From: Candidatus Fervidifonticultor secundus
GTDB taxonomy: Bacteria > Sysuimicrobiota > Sysuimicrobiia > Sysuimicrobiales > Humicultoraceae
DNA length: 64,000 nt
Assembly: GCA_031459385.1 (NCBI GenBank)
Contig: JAVKIP010000003.1
Coordinates: 96,001-160,000 of the forward strand
Direction: 5' to 3'
Position 1 is the stretch's first letter. Each line of letters starts with the position of its first letter. A program made the position numbers and the translations under genes. Shown here in pieces: positions 49,712 to 59,811 of this stretch. Below the pieces are notes generated by a model. That model was not told the DNA's origin and made no database searches. It worked only from the letters and a program-made list of their open reading frames with translations.

Positions 49712-50236
49712 GTGGGAACTGCCTTCTGCAGAGCCACGCGCACGGGCTCGAGCCCGTCCGCTCCGCACCGCACGCGCCGAATCCCACACGGTGCTCGTCA
49801 GGCGCCCTCTGGGCGCTGGCAGGCCGGGTACACGGTCCTGGAGCTGCTCATCGTCTCGGCGATCGGCCTGCTGGTGCTGTCGTTCGGGGTCGGCAGCATC
49901 AGCCGGGCCATGGCCCGCGAGGAGCTGGATGGCTGGGCCCGGGCCATCGCCGTCGAACTCACGGCCGCCCAGCAGGCGGCCATGACGCGCCGGACCAGCG
50001 TCACGGTGTCGTTCCAGAACAACGCCTTCATCGTGGTGGCCAGCGGCGGCGGCACGCTGCGCGCGCAGGACCTGCCGTCCCACATCAGCTTCGGCGCCAC
50101 GCTGCAGACGGTGACGTTCGACCGGCGGGGGGTGCCAGGCGGCGCGTCCTCCGTATCGCTGACGAGCACGCGCGCCGGGAAGACCTACACCATCACGATC
50201 CAGCCCAACACGGGACGGGTGACCGCAGATGGCTGA
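49712..50236 (+). CDS. Cassette 4: FimT/GspH-like minor pilin
   Basis: G|YTVLE, ELTAAQQAA, FDRRG, NTGRV. Confidence 0.85.
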   Translation: MGTAFCRATRTGSSPSAPHRTRRIPHGARQAPSGRWQAGYTVLELLIVSAIGLLVLSFGVGSISRAMAREELDGWARAIAVELTAAQQAAMTRRTSVTVSFQNNAFIVVASGGGTLRAQDLPSHISFGATLQTVTFDRRGVPGGASSVSLTSTRAGKTYTITIQPNTGRVTADG

Positions 50237-50666
50237 CCGCCCGCGCGCCCGCCGCGCCAGCGGCGGGTTCACCCTGATCGAGGTCGTCGTCGCCATGGCC
50301 GTGCTCTCCCTGGTGGCCACCACCGCGCTGGGCGGGCTGCTGTTCACCATGACCCAGACCCGGCGCGGCTTCGACCGGGCCCAGGCCGCGGCATGGGTCC
50401 AGGCCGAGCTGGACTTCCTGCGCACCATGGGGTACGGGCTGGCGCCGGGGACGCGCACTGTGCCCACTGACGGCTATCTGGCCAACAGCGACCTGCAGGA
50501 ACCGCGGATTCCCGACGGGTTCGACCGGGCCGAGATCGTCGTCGAGGACCTCACCGGCAGCCTGGGCATTCCCCTGAAGTCCATGACGGTGCGCCTGTAC
50601 CAGACGCCGACCTCCCCGCCCTACACGATCCTCGTCACGTATGTGGCGAACTTCGACTACCCGTGA
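50229..50666 (+). CDS. Cassette 4: PilV-like minor pilin
   Basis: G|FTLIE, WVQAELDFLR. Confidence 0.87.
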   Translation: MADRPRARRASGGFTLIEVVVAMAVLSLVATTALGGLLFTMTQTRRGFDRAQAAAWVQAELDFLRTMGYGLAPGTRTVPTDGYLANSDLQEPRIPDGFDRAEIVVEDLTGSLGIPLKSMTVRLYQTPTSPPYTILVTYVANFDYP

Positions 50667-51376
50667 GCGGACCAGCGATGCGCCGGCCTGGGGCAGCACG
50701 GCACGGACAGGCGGGGATCTCCCTCGTCGAGGTCATGGTGGCCATGGTCATCATGACGGTCGTCATCGGGACGATCGCGACGCTGGTGGGCGCGTCGGTC
50801 CGCAGCAAGATGATCGTGGCCAGCCGGTCCTCCGACACGGAGACGGCACGCCAGACGCTGGAGATGATGTCCGAGCGGCTGCGCAACGCGGGGCTGAACA
50901 TCGACCCTGCGGCCCAGCCCGACCGCTGCGACGACATGGTCGTGGCCAAGGACCCGGCCCTGCGGCCGACGGCGACCCAGCTCTACGTGGCCGGCGAGAT
51001 CTTCAACTCGAACACGACCGCGGGCGACCAGGTGATCGTGCTGGGCTACCGGCTCACCGGCGGCCGGATCGTCGAGGACCGCAGCGCGTGCGGCGTATGG
51101 GCTCCGACGACCAGCGATGTCTCGAACCCCGGGATCACGGTGACGAGCCTGCTCTTCCGGTACTTCGGCTCAAGCGGCGGCGAGATCACCGTACCCACAA
51201 CCGACGAGGAGGCGATCCGGAGCATCCGCGTGGTGCAGATCAGCCTCACGGTCCGGGCCGAGGAGGGACGGTCGGGCGCCCAGATCCAGCGCTTCAGCCG
51301 GCAGGTGATGCTGCGCAACCCCCGGCCGGACCGCAGTGGCTGGCTGCCGCCGGCCGGATGGGAGACGAATCCATGA
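50663..51376 (+). CDS. Cassette 4: PilW-like minor pilin
   Basis: G|ISLVE, ARQTLE...LRNAG, MLRN. Confidence 0.85.
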   Translation: MSGPAMRRPGAARHGQAGISLVEVMVAMVIMTVVIGTIATLVGASVRSKMIVASRSSDTETARQTLEMMSERLRNAGLNIDPAAQPDRCDDMVVAKDPALRPTATQLYVAGEIFNSNTTAGDQVIVLGYRLTGGRIVEDRSACGVWAPTTSDVSNPGITVTSLLFRYFGSSGGEITVPTTDEEAIRSIRVVQISLTVRAEEGRSGAQIQRFSRQVMLRNPRPDRSGWLPPAGWETNP

Positions 51377-52782
51377 AAAGAGGCACGATGCGGCCCGCCG
51401 GCGCCGGGCGCCTGCGCCGCACGCCGGCGGGCGGCCAGGCTGGCGCGGCGCTGCTCTCGGTGGTGCTCTTCCTGCTGCTGATCCTGATGGTCACGGTGGG
51501 TGTCATGGCGGTGGTCCGCAGCGACCTGGCGGCCGGCATCCGCCAGCAGCAGGCCGTGCAGGTCTTCAACGTGGCGGAGGCGGGCGTGCACTACGCCATC
51601 GCGCGCCTGCAGACCTCTGGGGCGAACCGGTACGACGGGGCCACGGTCCCCATCACCGACGGCAGCACCACCATCGGGACCGCCACCATCCAGGTCCGCT
51701 GCCTGGACGGCACCCTCCCGAGCGCCAGCGCCTGCAACGGTGCCGAGCCGGCCTACCGGCGGATCGCCTCCACCGGAACGCTCACGGTGGCAGGACCCCG
51801 TCGGGTGGTGACGGCGGTGGTCGAGGGCACGACCTCAGTGACACGGACCTACGCGGTGTGCGCCTACGACGCCCTGACCCTCGACCAGCAGGTGACGGTC
51901 TACGGGTCGGTGGGCACCAACGGCATTATGACGCTCAGCGGGCCCAACAACCTCAACCGTGCGGCGATCTGCGACTCCACCCCGGGCGGGCTGGGCGGCC
52001 GGTGCGGCACGCCCAATCCCGCACCCGCCAGCTCGTTCACGGCCGGCGCCTCCGCCGTGGGGACCATCACGTGCAACGGGGGCGGCTGTGCCAACCAGGT
52101 GGAAGGGCCGACGACACCCAACCAGCCGGCCGGGTCGGTATGCCCGACGGTCACGCTCCCGGGCTGGGGGCCCCCGGGCACCACGCCCCTGTCGGTGCCC
52201 CTCGGCAGCACGGTGTTCGCCAACCCCGCCACCAACTACGGCTCCGTGACGCTGGCGGATACGCCCGGCAACCCCAACCCCTGCCCGTCGGACCCCGCGC
52301 AGCGCGCCACGCTGGTGCTGGACGCGGGCAGCGACCCCACCGCGACGGTCACGTTCCAGATGGCCACGCTGTCGGTCGGCAAGTGCGCCCGCGTCGAGAT
52401 CCGCGGGCAGGGGAAGGTCGAACTGCGGTTGCTCGCGCCGACCACCACGGCGCTGCGCACCGTCCAGCGCTCGGTCCTGGGGACCACCTCGCAGACCGTC
52501 GGCAGCGAGGTGGCCGTGGAGGGCCACCGGTTCACGGTCAAGGTGGTGTCCACCCACTCGACCGCCGCCGTCGACTTCAACCAGTCGGGCTTGATCGCCG
52601 GCACGTTCATCGTGCCCAACGGCGGGTTCCACCTGGACCAGGCACAGATCACCAACGGCGCGATCCTGGCGAGGGCCGTCGACTTCGACCAGGGCACCAC
52701 CTTCACGTGGGACCCGCGGTCGATCATCGGCGACCAGGTCTACGGCGACTTTCGCCGGCTGCGAGCCTGGAAGGACCAGTAG
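51373..52782 (+). CDS. Cassette 4: PilX-N-type large pilin/adhesin
   Basis: G|AALLS, VAEAGVHYA, Cys/Thr-rich, C-terminal AWKD. Confidence 0.82.
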   Translation: MKRGTMRPAGAGRLRRTPAGGQAGAALLSVVLFLLLILMVTVGVMAVVRSDLAAGIRQQQAVQVFNVAEAGVHYAIARLQTSGANRYDGATVPITDGSTTIGTATIQVRCLDGTLPSASACNGAEPAYRRIASTGTLTVAGPRRVVTAVVEGTTSVTRTYAVCAYDALTLDQQVTVYGSVGTNGIMTLSGPNNLNRAAICDSTPGGLGGRCGTPNPAPASSFTAGASAVGTITCNGGGCANQVEGPTTPNQPAGSVCPTVTLPGWGPPGTTPLSVPLGSTVFANPATNYGSVTLADTPGNPNPCPSDPAQRATLVLDAGSDPTATVTFQMATLSVGKCARVEIRGQGKVELRLLAPTTTALRTVQRSVLGTTSQTVGSEVAVEGHRFTVKVVSTHSTAAVDFNQSGLIAGTFIVPNGGFHLDQAQITNGAILARAVDFDQGTTFTWDPRSIIGDQVYGDFRRLRAWKDQ

Positions 52783-52830
52783 GCGCCCGAGAGGGGCCCG
52801 GCGCACACGCCGGGTGACGCCGCGCCCGCG

Positions 52831-53442
52831 TCACCCGGCGTTGTGTTTGTCGCCGGTCCCGCGTCCTGTGCCCCGAGGCGAAGGAGAGCGCCGCGCGCTA
52901 TCGACAGCCGTTGTGGCGGGCGGCGATCCGGATCGGATGGGTCGCAGACGGCCCGTCGCGAACCGCTCCCGCGCTTCCGCTACTAGCCGCCAGGCCTCGG
53001 GGGCCGGAGCCCAGCCGTAGATCTCGACCGCCTTCTCCTCCAGGGTCTTGTACACGGTGAAGAAGTGCTCGACCTCTTTCAGGAAGTGGGGCGGCACGCC
53101 GTTCAGGTCGGTGACGTCCGCAAAGCGCGGGTCACCCACGGGCACCGCCAGGATCTTCTGGTCGACGCCCTTCTCGTCCCGCATGTTCAGGACGCCGATG
53201 GGTCGTACCTCGACCAGGCACCCCGGGAACGTTGGCTCGTAGGTGAAAATCAGGACGTCCAGGTGGTCGCCGTCCTCCGCCAGGGTCTCCTCAATGAACC
53301 CGTAGTCGGCCGGGTAGTGCAGCGGCGAGTAGAGCACGCGGTCCAGGCGCAGCCGGCTGGCGGCGGCATCCCATTCGTACTTGTTGCGGCTGCCTCGCGC
53401 GATCTCCACCAACGCCCAGACGGTAGGCCCGGGCCGCGACAT
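52831..53442 (-). CDS. ppa: Family I inorganic pyrophosphatase
   Basis: EIARGSRNKYE, LDRVL, YGFI, DGDHLD, YKTLE. Confidence 0.95.
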   Translation of the reverse strand: MSRPGPTVWALVEIARGSRNKYEWDAAASRLRLDRVLYSPLHYPADYGFIEETLAEDGDHLDVLIFTYEPTFPGCLVEVRPIGVLNMRDEKGVDQKILAVPVGDPRFADVTDLNGVPPHFLKEVEHFFTVYKTLEEKAVEIYGWAPAPEAWRLVAEARERFATGRLRPIRSGSPPATTAVDSARRSPSPRGTGRGTGDKHNAG

Positions 53443-53444
53443 GC

Positions 53445-53855
53445 TCACCCTCTCGCCTCCTCCACCGCGGCCAGGGTCTGGGCCAGCGCGGCCACCCGAC
53501 GCCCCAGCTCGTCGCGGACCGCGCGGTAGCCCTCGAGCCCGCCGCCAGCGGGGTTGGGCAGCGGCCAGTGCTCGCTGCGTACGCCCGGCACCACCGGGCA
53601 GGCCTCCTCCGCGCACAGCCCCACGATCAGGGCCACGTCGGGGCCCAGCGCCGCCTCCAGGGCCACGGGCCGATGCTGGCTGATGTCGAGGCCGACCTCG
53701 CGCATCGCCTCCACCGCTTCCGGACGCACGCGCTCGCCGGGTTCCGTGCCCGCGGAACCCGCCCGCCAGCCAGCCGGCGCCACCGCGTTGAACAGCGCGG
53801 CGGCCATCGGCGAGCGGGCGGTGTTGTGATGTCAGACGAACAGGACGCGCGGCAT
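53445..53855 (-). CDS. arsC: LMW-PTP-family arsenate reductase with in-frame TGA at the catalytic Cys (candidate selenoprotein, otherwise a pseudogene)
   Basis: MPRVLFV[TGA 53832-53834]HHNTARSPMA; SAGTEP; CAEEACP; GGAG SD upstream. Confidence 0.75.
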
Positions 53856-53958
53856 GGCTCCAGGATACCACAGGCCCGCGGCTACGCCCCGCCCGGCCGC
53901 ACGGTGACACGGTGACAGGGACGCCCGGAGGGCCTAGCATCGAGGTGGAGGGGGTGCG

Positions 53959-54720
53959 ATGCTGCTCGCGCTGGACATCGGCAACACCAACGTCAAGCTC
54001 GGGGCATTCCGAGGATCGGAGCTACTGGCGACCTGGCGGGTCGCGACCGATGCGCGGCGGACGCCGGATGAGTACGCGGCGCTGGTGGCAGCGCTGCTGG
54101 GCATGCGTGGGATGACCCCGGCGCGGGTGGAGCGGGTGGTGCTGTGCAGTGTCGTGCCGCCGCTCACCGCAGTGTTTCGCGAGGTTGCGCGCGACGTGTT
54201 TGGCGCGGTCCCGCTGGTCGTCGGCGAGAACGTCGAGACCGGGCTGCGCGTGCTCTACGACCCGCCCTCCGACGTCGGGGCCGACCGGCTGGTGGCGTCG
54301 ACCGCGGCCTACCGGCGCCTGGGCGGACCGGTGATCGTGGTGGAGTTCGGAACCGCCACGGTGTTCGACGCGGTCTCGGATGCCGGCGAGTACCTCGGCG
54401 GCGCCATCCACCCTGGCCTCCAGCTGGCGGCTGAGGCCCTGTTCACGGGCACCTCCCAGCTTCGTCGCATCGAGCTGCGTCGGCCGGCGGCGGCCATCGG
54501 CCGCACGACAATTGCCGCGATCCAGTCCGGGGTGGTGCTGGGACACGTCGGCATGGTCGAGGGCATGGTTGCGCGGTTCCGGCGCGAGGTGGGCGAGCGC
54601 GCCCAGGTGGTGGCCACGGGCGGGCTCGCGCGGCTGATCGCCGCAGAGACGCCCGTCTTCGCTGCCGTCGACGAGGACCTGATCCTGCACGGCCTGCGGC
54701 TCATCGCCGAGGCCACCTGA
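53959..54720 (+). CDS. coaX: Type III pantothenate kinase
   Basis: LDIGNTN, VGADR, FGTAT, YLGGAI, ATGG. Confidence 0.95.
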   Translation: MLLALDIGNTNVKLGAFRGSELLATWRVATDARRTPDEYAALVAALLGMRGMTPARVERVVLCSVVPPLTAVFREVARDVFGAVPLVVGENVETGLRVLYDPPSDVGADRLVASTAAYRRLGGPVIVVEFGTATVFDAVSDAGEYLGGAIHPGLQLAAEALFTGTSQLRRIELRRPAAAIGRTTIAAIQSGVVLGHVGMVEGMVARFRREVGERAQVVATGGLARLIAAETPVFAAVDEDLILHGLRLIAEAT

Positions 54721-54758
54721 CGGCGCCACGGCCGGCGCCGGGACGGGGGACGGCCAGC

Positions 54759-55982
54759 ATGCCCACGGTGCTCCACGGCAAACACATCGTCCTGGGGGTC
54801 ACGGGCAGCATCGCGGCTTTCAAAGCCGCCGACCTGGCGAGCAAGCTCACGCAGCACGGCGCAGCTGTGGACGTAGTGCTCACGCCGGACGCCGCCCGGT
54901 TCGTCACGCCGCTCACGTTCCAGGCCCTGACCCATCGCCCGGTCACCACCGACCTCTTCGACCCGCGGGCCGCGATCGCCATGGATCACGTGGCCCTGGC
55001 GCAGCGGGCCGACGTCATCGTCGTCTGCCCGGCGACGGCGCACACGCTGGCACGGCTGGCGCTGGGCCTGGCCGATGACGCGCTGGCGGCCACGGTGCTG
55101 GCTTCGCGCGCGCCGCTGGTGGTGGTTCCGGCGATGGACGCCCAGATGTTCGACCACCCGGCGGTGCAGGAGCACGTGGCGCGGCTGCACGCGCGGGGCG
55201 CCCGCATCGTCGGCCCCATGGAGGGTCGGCTCGCCTCGGGGCTGGTTGGCCGCGGGCGCATGGCCGAGGTTCCGGAGGTGCTGGGCCACCTGCGCGCGGT
55301 GCTCGGCGCGGCGACCGGGGACCTGCGGGGTACGACGATCGTGGTGACCGCAGGCGGCACGCGAGAGCCGCTGGACCCCGTGCGGGTGCTGACCAACCGG
55401 TCGTCGGGCAAGATGGGCTACGCGGTGGCCGAGGCGGCCAGGGATCGCGGGGCGCGCGCGATCCTGATCACCGCGCCGACGGCGCTCCCCGACCCGCCGG
55501 GCGTGGACGTCCGACGGGTGGAGACCGCCCTGGAGATGCGGGAGGCCGTCCTGGCGGCCTGCCGCGATGCCGACGCCCTGGTCATGACCGCGGCGGTGGC
55601 CGACTACCGCCCCGCGGCACCGGCCCCGCAGAAGGTGAAGAAGGGCGCGCCCACCTGGACCGTCGAGCTCGTGGAGACCCCCGACATCCTCACCGAGGCC
55701 GGCGCGGCCGCGCCGGCGCTGGTCCGGGTGGGCTTTGCCGCCGAGACGACGGACCTGGTGGCGGCCGCCCGCGCCAAACTGGTGCGCAAGGGGCTCGACC
55801 TGATCGCCGCCAACGACGTCTCGGCAGCCGGCAGTGGGTTCGGCGCCGACACGAACCGCCTGGTCCTCATCGATCGCGAGGGGCGGGTCGAGGACCTGCC
55901 CGTGCTCCCCAAGTTCGACGCCGCCTGGATCCTCCTGGACCGCGTCAGGGCCCTGCTGGCGTCTGGGTGGACGCGCCCCTAG
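54759..55982 (+). CDS. coaBC: Phosphopantothenoylcysteine decarboxylase/ligase
   Basis: GVTGSIAAFK, TAGGTRE.LDPVR.LTNRSSGKMG, AAVAD, GFAAET. Confidence 0.96.
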   Translation: MPTVLHGKHIVLGVTGSIAAFKAADLASKLTQHGAAVDVVLTPDAARFVTPLTFQALTHRPVTTDLFDPRAAIAMDHVALAQRADVIVVCPATAHTLARLALGLADDALAATVLASRAPLVVVPAMDAQMFDHPAVQEHVARLHARGARIVGPMEGRLASGLVGRGRMAEVPEVLGHLRAVLGAATGDLRGTTIVVTAGGTREPLDPVRVLTNRSSGKMGYAVAEAARDRGARAILITAPTALPDPPGVDVRRVETALEMREAVLAACRDADALVMTAAVADYRPAAPAPQKVKKGAPTWTVELVETPDILTEAGAAAPALVRVGFAAETTDLVAAARAKLVRKGLDLIAANDVSAAGSGFGADTNRLVLIDREGRVEDLPVLPKFDAAWILLDRVRALLASGWTRP

Positions 55983-56041
55983 CAGGGAACCGCCCGCGGC
56001 GATGGAATGCACACGTAGCCAGACCCAGGAGGACTCCCGGC

Positions 56042-56659
56042 ATGGCGTTGCGCCTGCTCCCCCGCGAGGAGATCTTCTTCGAGCTGTTCAACCAGGCGGC
56101 CGACAACGTGCTCGAAGCCGCCCGCAAGCTGCAGGAACTGCTGGACGACTACAGGGACGTCGAGTCCCGTGCGGCCGCGATCAAGGCCCTGGAGGACCGC
56201 GGCGACGAGCTCACCCACACCATCATCGACCGGCTCAACCGCACCTTCGTGGCGCCGCTGGACCGTGAGGACATCTTCGCGCTGGCCAAGCAGCTGGACG
56301 ACGTCCTGGACTGGATCGAGGCCTCATCGGCGCGCATGGCCATCTACCACATCGCGCGCGCCACGCCCGAGGCCCGCGAGCTGGGCCACATCATCGCCAG
56401 CGCCTGCCAGGCCATCGTCGAGGCGATCCGCGATCTCCGCCGGCTCGACCGGGTCGGCGCCACGCTCCGCGAGATCAACCGGCTCGAGAACCTGGCCGAC
56501 CATGTGCAGCGCGATGCCATCGCCAAACTGTTCGCCGCCGGCGGCGACCCCATCGAGATCATCAAGTGGAAAGAGGTCTACGAAACGCTGGAAGAGGCCA
56601 CCGACCAGGCCGAGCATGTCGCGCACCTGCTCGAGGGCATGCAGGCCAAGCATCTCTAG
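56042..56659 (+). CDS. DUF47 phosphate transport regulator
   Basis: LEDRGD, TFVAPLDREDI, IKWKEVYE; upstream of pit. Confidence 0.92.
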   Translation: MALRLLPREEIFFELFNQAADNVLEAARKLQELLDDYRDVESRAAAIKALEDRGDELTHTIIDRLNRTFVAPLDREDIFALAKQLDDVLDWIEASSARMAIYHIARATPEARELGHIIASACQAIVEAIRDLRRLDRVGATLREINRLENLADHVQRDAIAKLFAAGGDPIEIIKWKEVYETLEEATDQAEHVAHLLEGMQAKHL

Positions 56660-56697
56660 GAGGCGCCGCTGGCTGGCCGGCCGTCCCCCCCTCGCTG

Positions 56698-57693
56698 ATG
56701 CCGACCGTCCTCCCCCTGGGGTTGCTGCCCGTCCTGGTGCTGGTGCTGGCCGCCGAGTTCGTCAACGGGTGGACCGACGCGCCCAACGCCATCGCCACGG
56801 TGGTCTCCACCCGGGTCCTGACGCCGTCAGTGGCGGTCGTCGTCGCCACGGTCCTCAACGTGGTCGGCGTGATGTCGGGCACCGCCGTGGCCGCCACCAT
56901 CGGCACGGGGATCGTGCGGGCCGACGTCATCGACCCGGTCACCATCGCGGCGGCCATGACGGCCATCGTCATCTGGAGCACGCTGGCATGGCTGCGCGGG
57001 CTGCCGACCAGCGAGAGCCACGCGCTGGTCGCCTCGCTGGCCGGCGCCGGCCTGGCCACCGCCGGGCCCGCCGCCCTGCTGTGGGACGGCTGGCGCAAGG
57101 TGCTGCTCGGCCTGGGCTTCTCGACCCTGCTGGGCTTCGCCGGCGGCTTCCTGTTGATGCTCACGATCAGCTGGCTGTTCCGGCGCACGCCGCTGGGAGC
57201 GGTCCGCCGGCTGTTCGGGCGGCTGCAGATCCTGTCGGCAGGCTTCATGGCCTTCAGCCACGGCAGCAACGACGGGCAGAAGTTCATGGGGGTCTTCGTC
57301 CTGACGCTGGTGCTGGGGGGTGTGCTGCCGGAGTTCCGGATCCCCTTCTGGGTGATCGTGCTGTGCGCGCTGACCATGGGGCTGGGCACGGCCCTCGGGG
57401 GCTGGCGCATCGTGCACACCATGGGCATGCGGCTGACCAAGCTGGAGCCCTTCCAGGGCTTCTCCGCCGAAACGGCGGCCGCCACGGCCATCGAGGCGGC
57501 CAGCCGGCTGGGCATTCCGGTCAGCACGACCCACACGATCAACACCGCCATCATGGGGGTCGGGGCGACCCGCCGCCTGTCCGCGGTGCGCTGGGGCGTG
57601 GGTCTGGAGATTGTGACCGCGTGGATCCTCACGTTTCCGGTCTGCGCGCTCGTGGCCGCCGTGGTCGCGCGGTGCCTGCGGGCCGTGTTCTGA
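56698..57693 (+). CDS. pit: Inorganic phosphate transporter
   Basis: NGWTDAPNAIAT, PTSESH, HGSNDGQK, PVSTTH. Confidence 0.94.
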   Translation: MPTVLPLGLLPVLVLVLAAEFVNGWTDAPNAIATVVSTRVLTPSVAVVVATVLNVVGVMSGTAVAATIGTGIVRADVIDPVTIAAAMTAIVIWSTLAWLRGLPTSESHALVASLAGAGLATAGPAALLWDGWRKVLLGLGFSTLLGFAGGFLLMLTISWLFRRTPLGAVRRLFGRLQILSAGFMAFSHGSNDGQKFMGVFVLTLVLGGVLPEFRIPFWVIVLCALTMGLGTALGGWRIVHTMGMRLTKLEPFQGFSAETAAATAIEAASRLGIPVSTTHTINTAIMGVGATRRLSAVRWGVGLEIVTAWILTFPVCALVAAVVARCLRAVF

Positions 57694-57718
57694 GCGCCAG
57701 AGCGGCGCGCTCGTTTAA

Positions 57719-58852
<1,134 letters not shown>

Positions 58853-59026
58853 CGCCGTACCTCCTGATACTGGCCCGGGAATACCGGGCCGGGATTGAGC
58901 CGGCAGCTGCGCGTGCCCTCCGGTTCTACCCGGCCTGGCGGGAACTCCAACCGCGGACACACGAAACGGGCGATGCCGCCATGTGCACCGCCCGTTTCTG
59001 AAGACGCAACGATGACGACCGCTTCC

Positions 59027-59055
59027 ACTATAACAGGGAACTGGGAACTGCGCAA
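59027..59055 (-). promoter_or_regulatory. Promoter of the helicase gene
   Basis: TTGCGC-N17-TATAGT with extended TG on the minus strand. Confidence 0.55.
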
Positions 59056-59286
59056 TGCCTTGGATCGCTGGCTTCCTGGAGTTCTTCCTGAGCGTGCCGC
59101 TCGCAGAACTCCAGCGGGTCAGGATATGGTGCAGCGGGCGCGGCGGGCCCGGCAGCCGCGGGCACAGCCGCTGCTGCCGAGCGTGGGGACCCCGTGGCCA
59201 GGTATCCTAGGACATTGCGGCCATCATACGTATTGTTAGTACATCCCCTGTCCGTTCCAAGGGATTCGGCCGATGATACTGGCAGG

Positions 59287-59811
59287 ATGGAACGCGCGGT
59301 GCGGCAGCTCATGCGGGTCGGGAACAGCACGGCCGTGACCCTGCCTCCGGGGCGCCTGGCGTTCCTGGGGCTGGACCGCGGGTCGCTCGTGGAGATCCGG
59401 GATGGCCTCGGAGGCCTCCTGGTCCGGCCGGTTGGCCTGTGGGCGCTGCCGGCGGCAAGGGAGTCGGGCCGTGGCAGCGCCCACACCGCTGCGGCGCTCG
59501 CCCAGGACTTTCGGATGGCCCTGACGTCCATCTACGGGCGGCGTCTCCAAACCGTGCACCGGGAACATCCCACCGCCGGAGAAGTGCGGTTTTGGGTGGT
59601 ACTCGACCGGATCGACGACTACGCCGCCGAGATTGAGCGGACGGGAGAGCTGGTGGCCACGCTGTCTGTCATCCACGGGCTCACGGTGAGCCGCGTCTTC
59701 GTCCCAGCACAGGCGTGGAGCCGCTGGAAGCGGCGAGTTGGACACCGGATGGAGCCCCTGCAACGTCTCGCCGGCGACGATCGGCGTGCGGCACGTGGAG
59801 AGCACGCGTGA
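59287..59811 (+). CDS. AbrB/MazE DNA-binding domain fused to a degenerate MNT-like domain
   Basis: RVGNSTAVTLP...GLDRGSLVEI; C-terminal half has an MNT-like layout (IYGRRL...FWVVLD...GLTVS) without GS or DxD. Confidence 0.6.
   Translation: MERAVRQLMRVGNSTAVTLPPGRLAFLGLDRGSLVEIRDGLGGLLVRPVGLWALPAARESGRGSAHTAAALAQDFRMALTSIYGRRLQTVHREHPTAGEVRFWVVLDRIDDYAAEIERTGELVATLSVIHGLTVSRVFVPAQAWSRWKRRVGHRMEPLQRLAGDDRRAARGEHA

Noticed and set aside
37278..52782. Shufflon or DGR-type diversification of the pilin cassettes
   Set aside because: No recombinase, reverse transcriptase, template/variable repeat pair or repeated crossover sites were seen in the coding regions.
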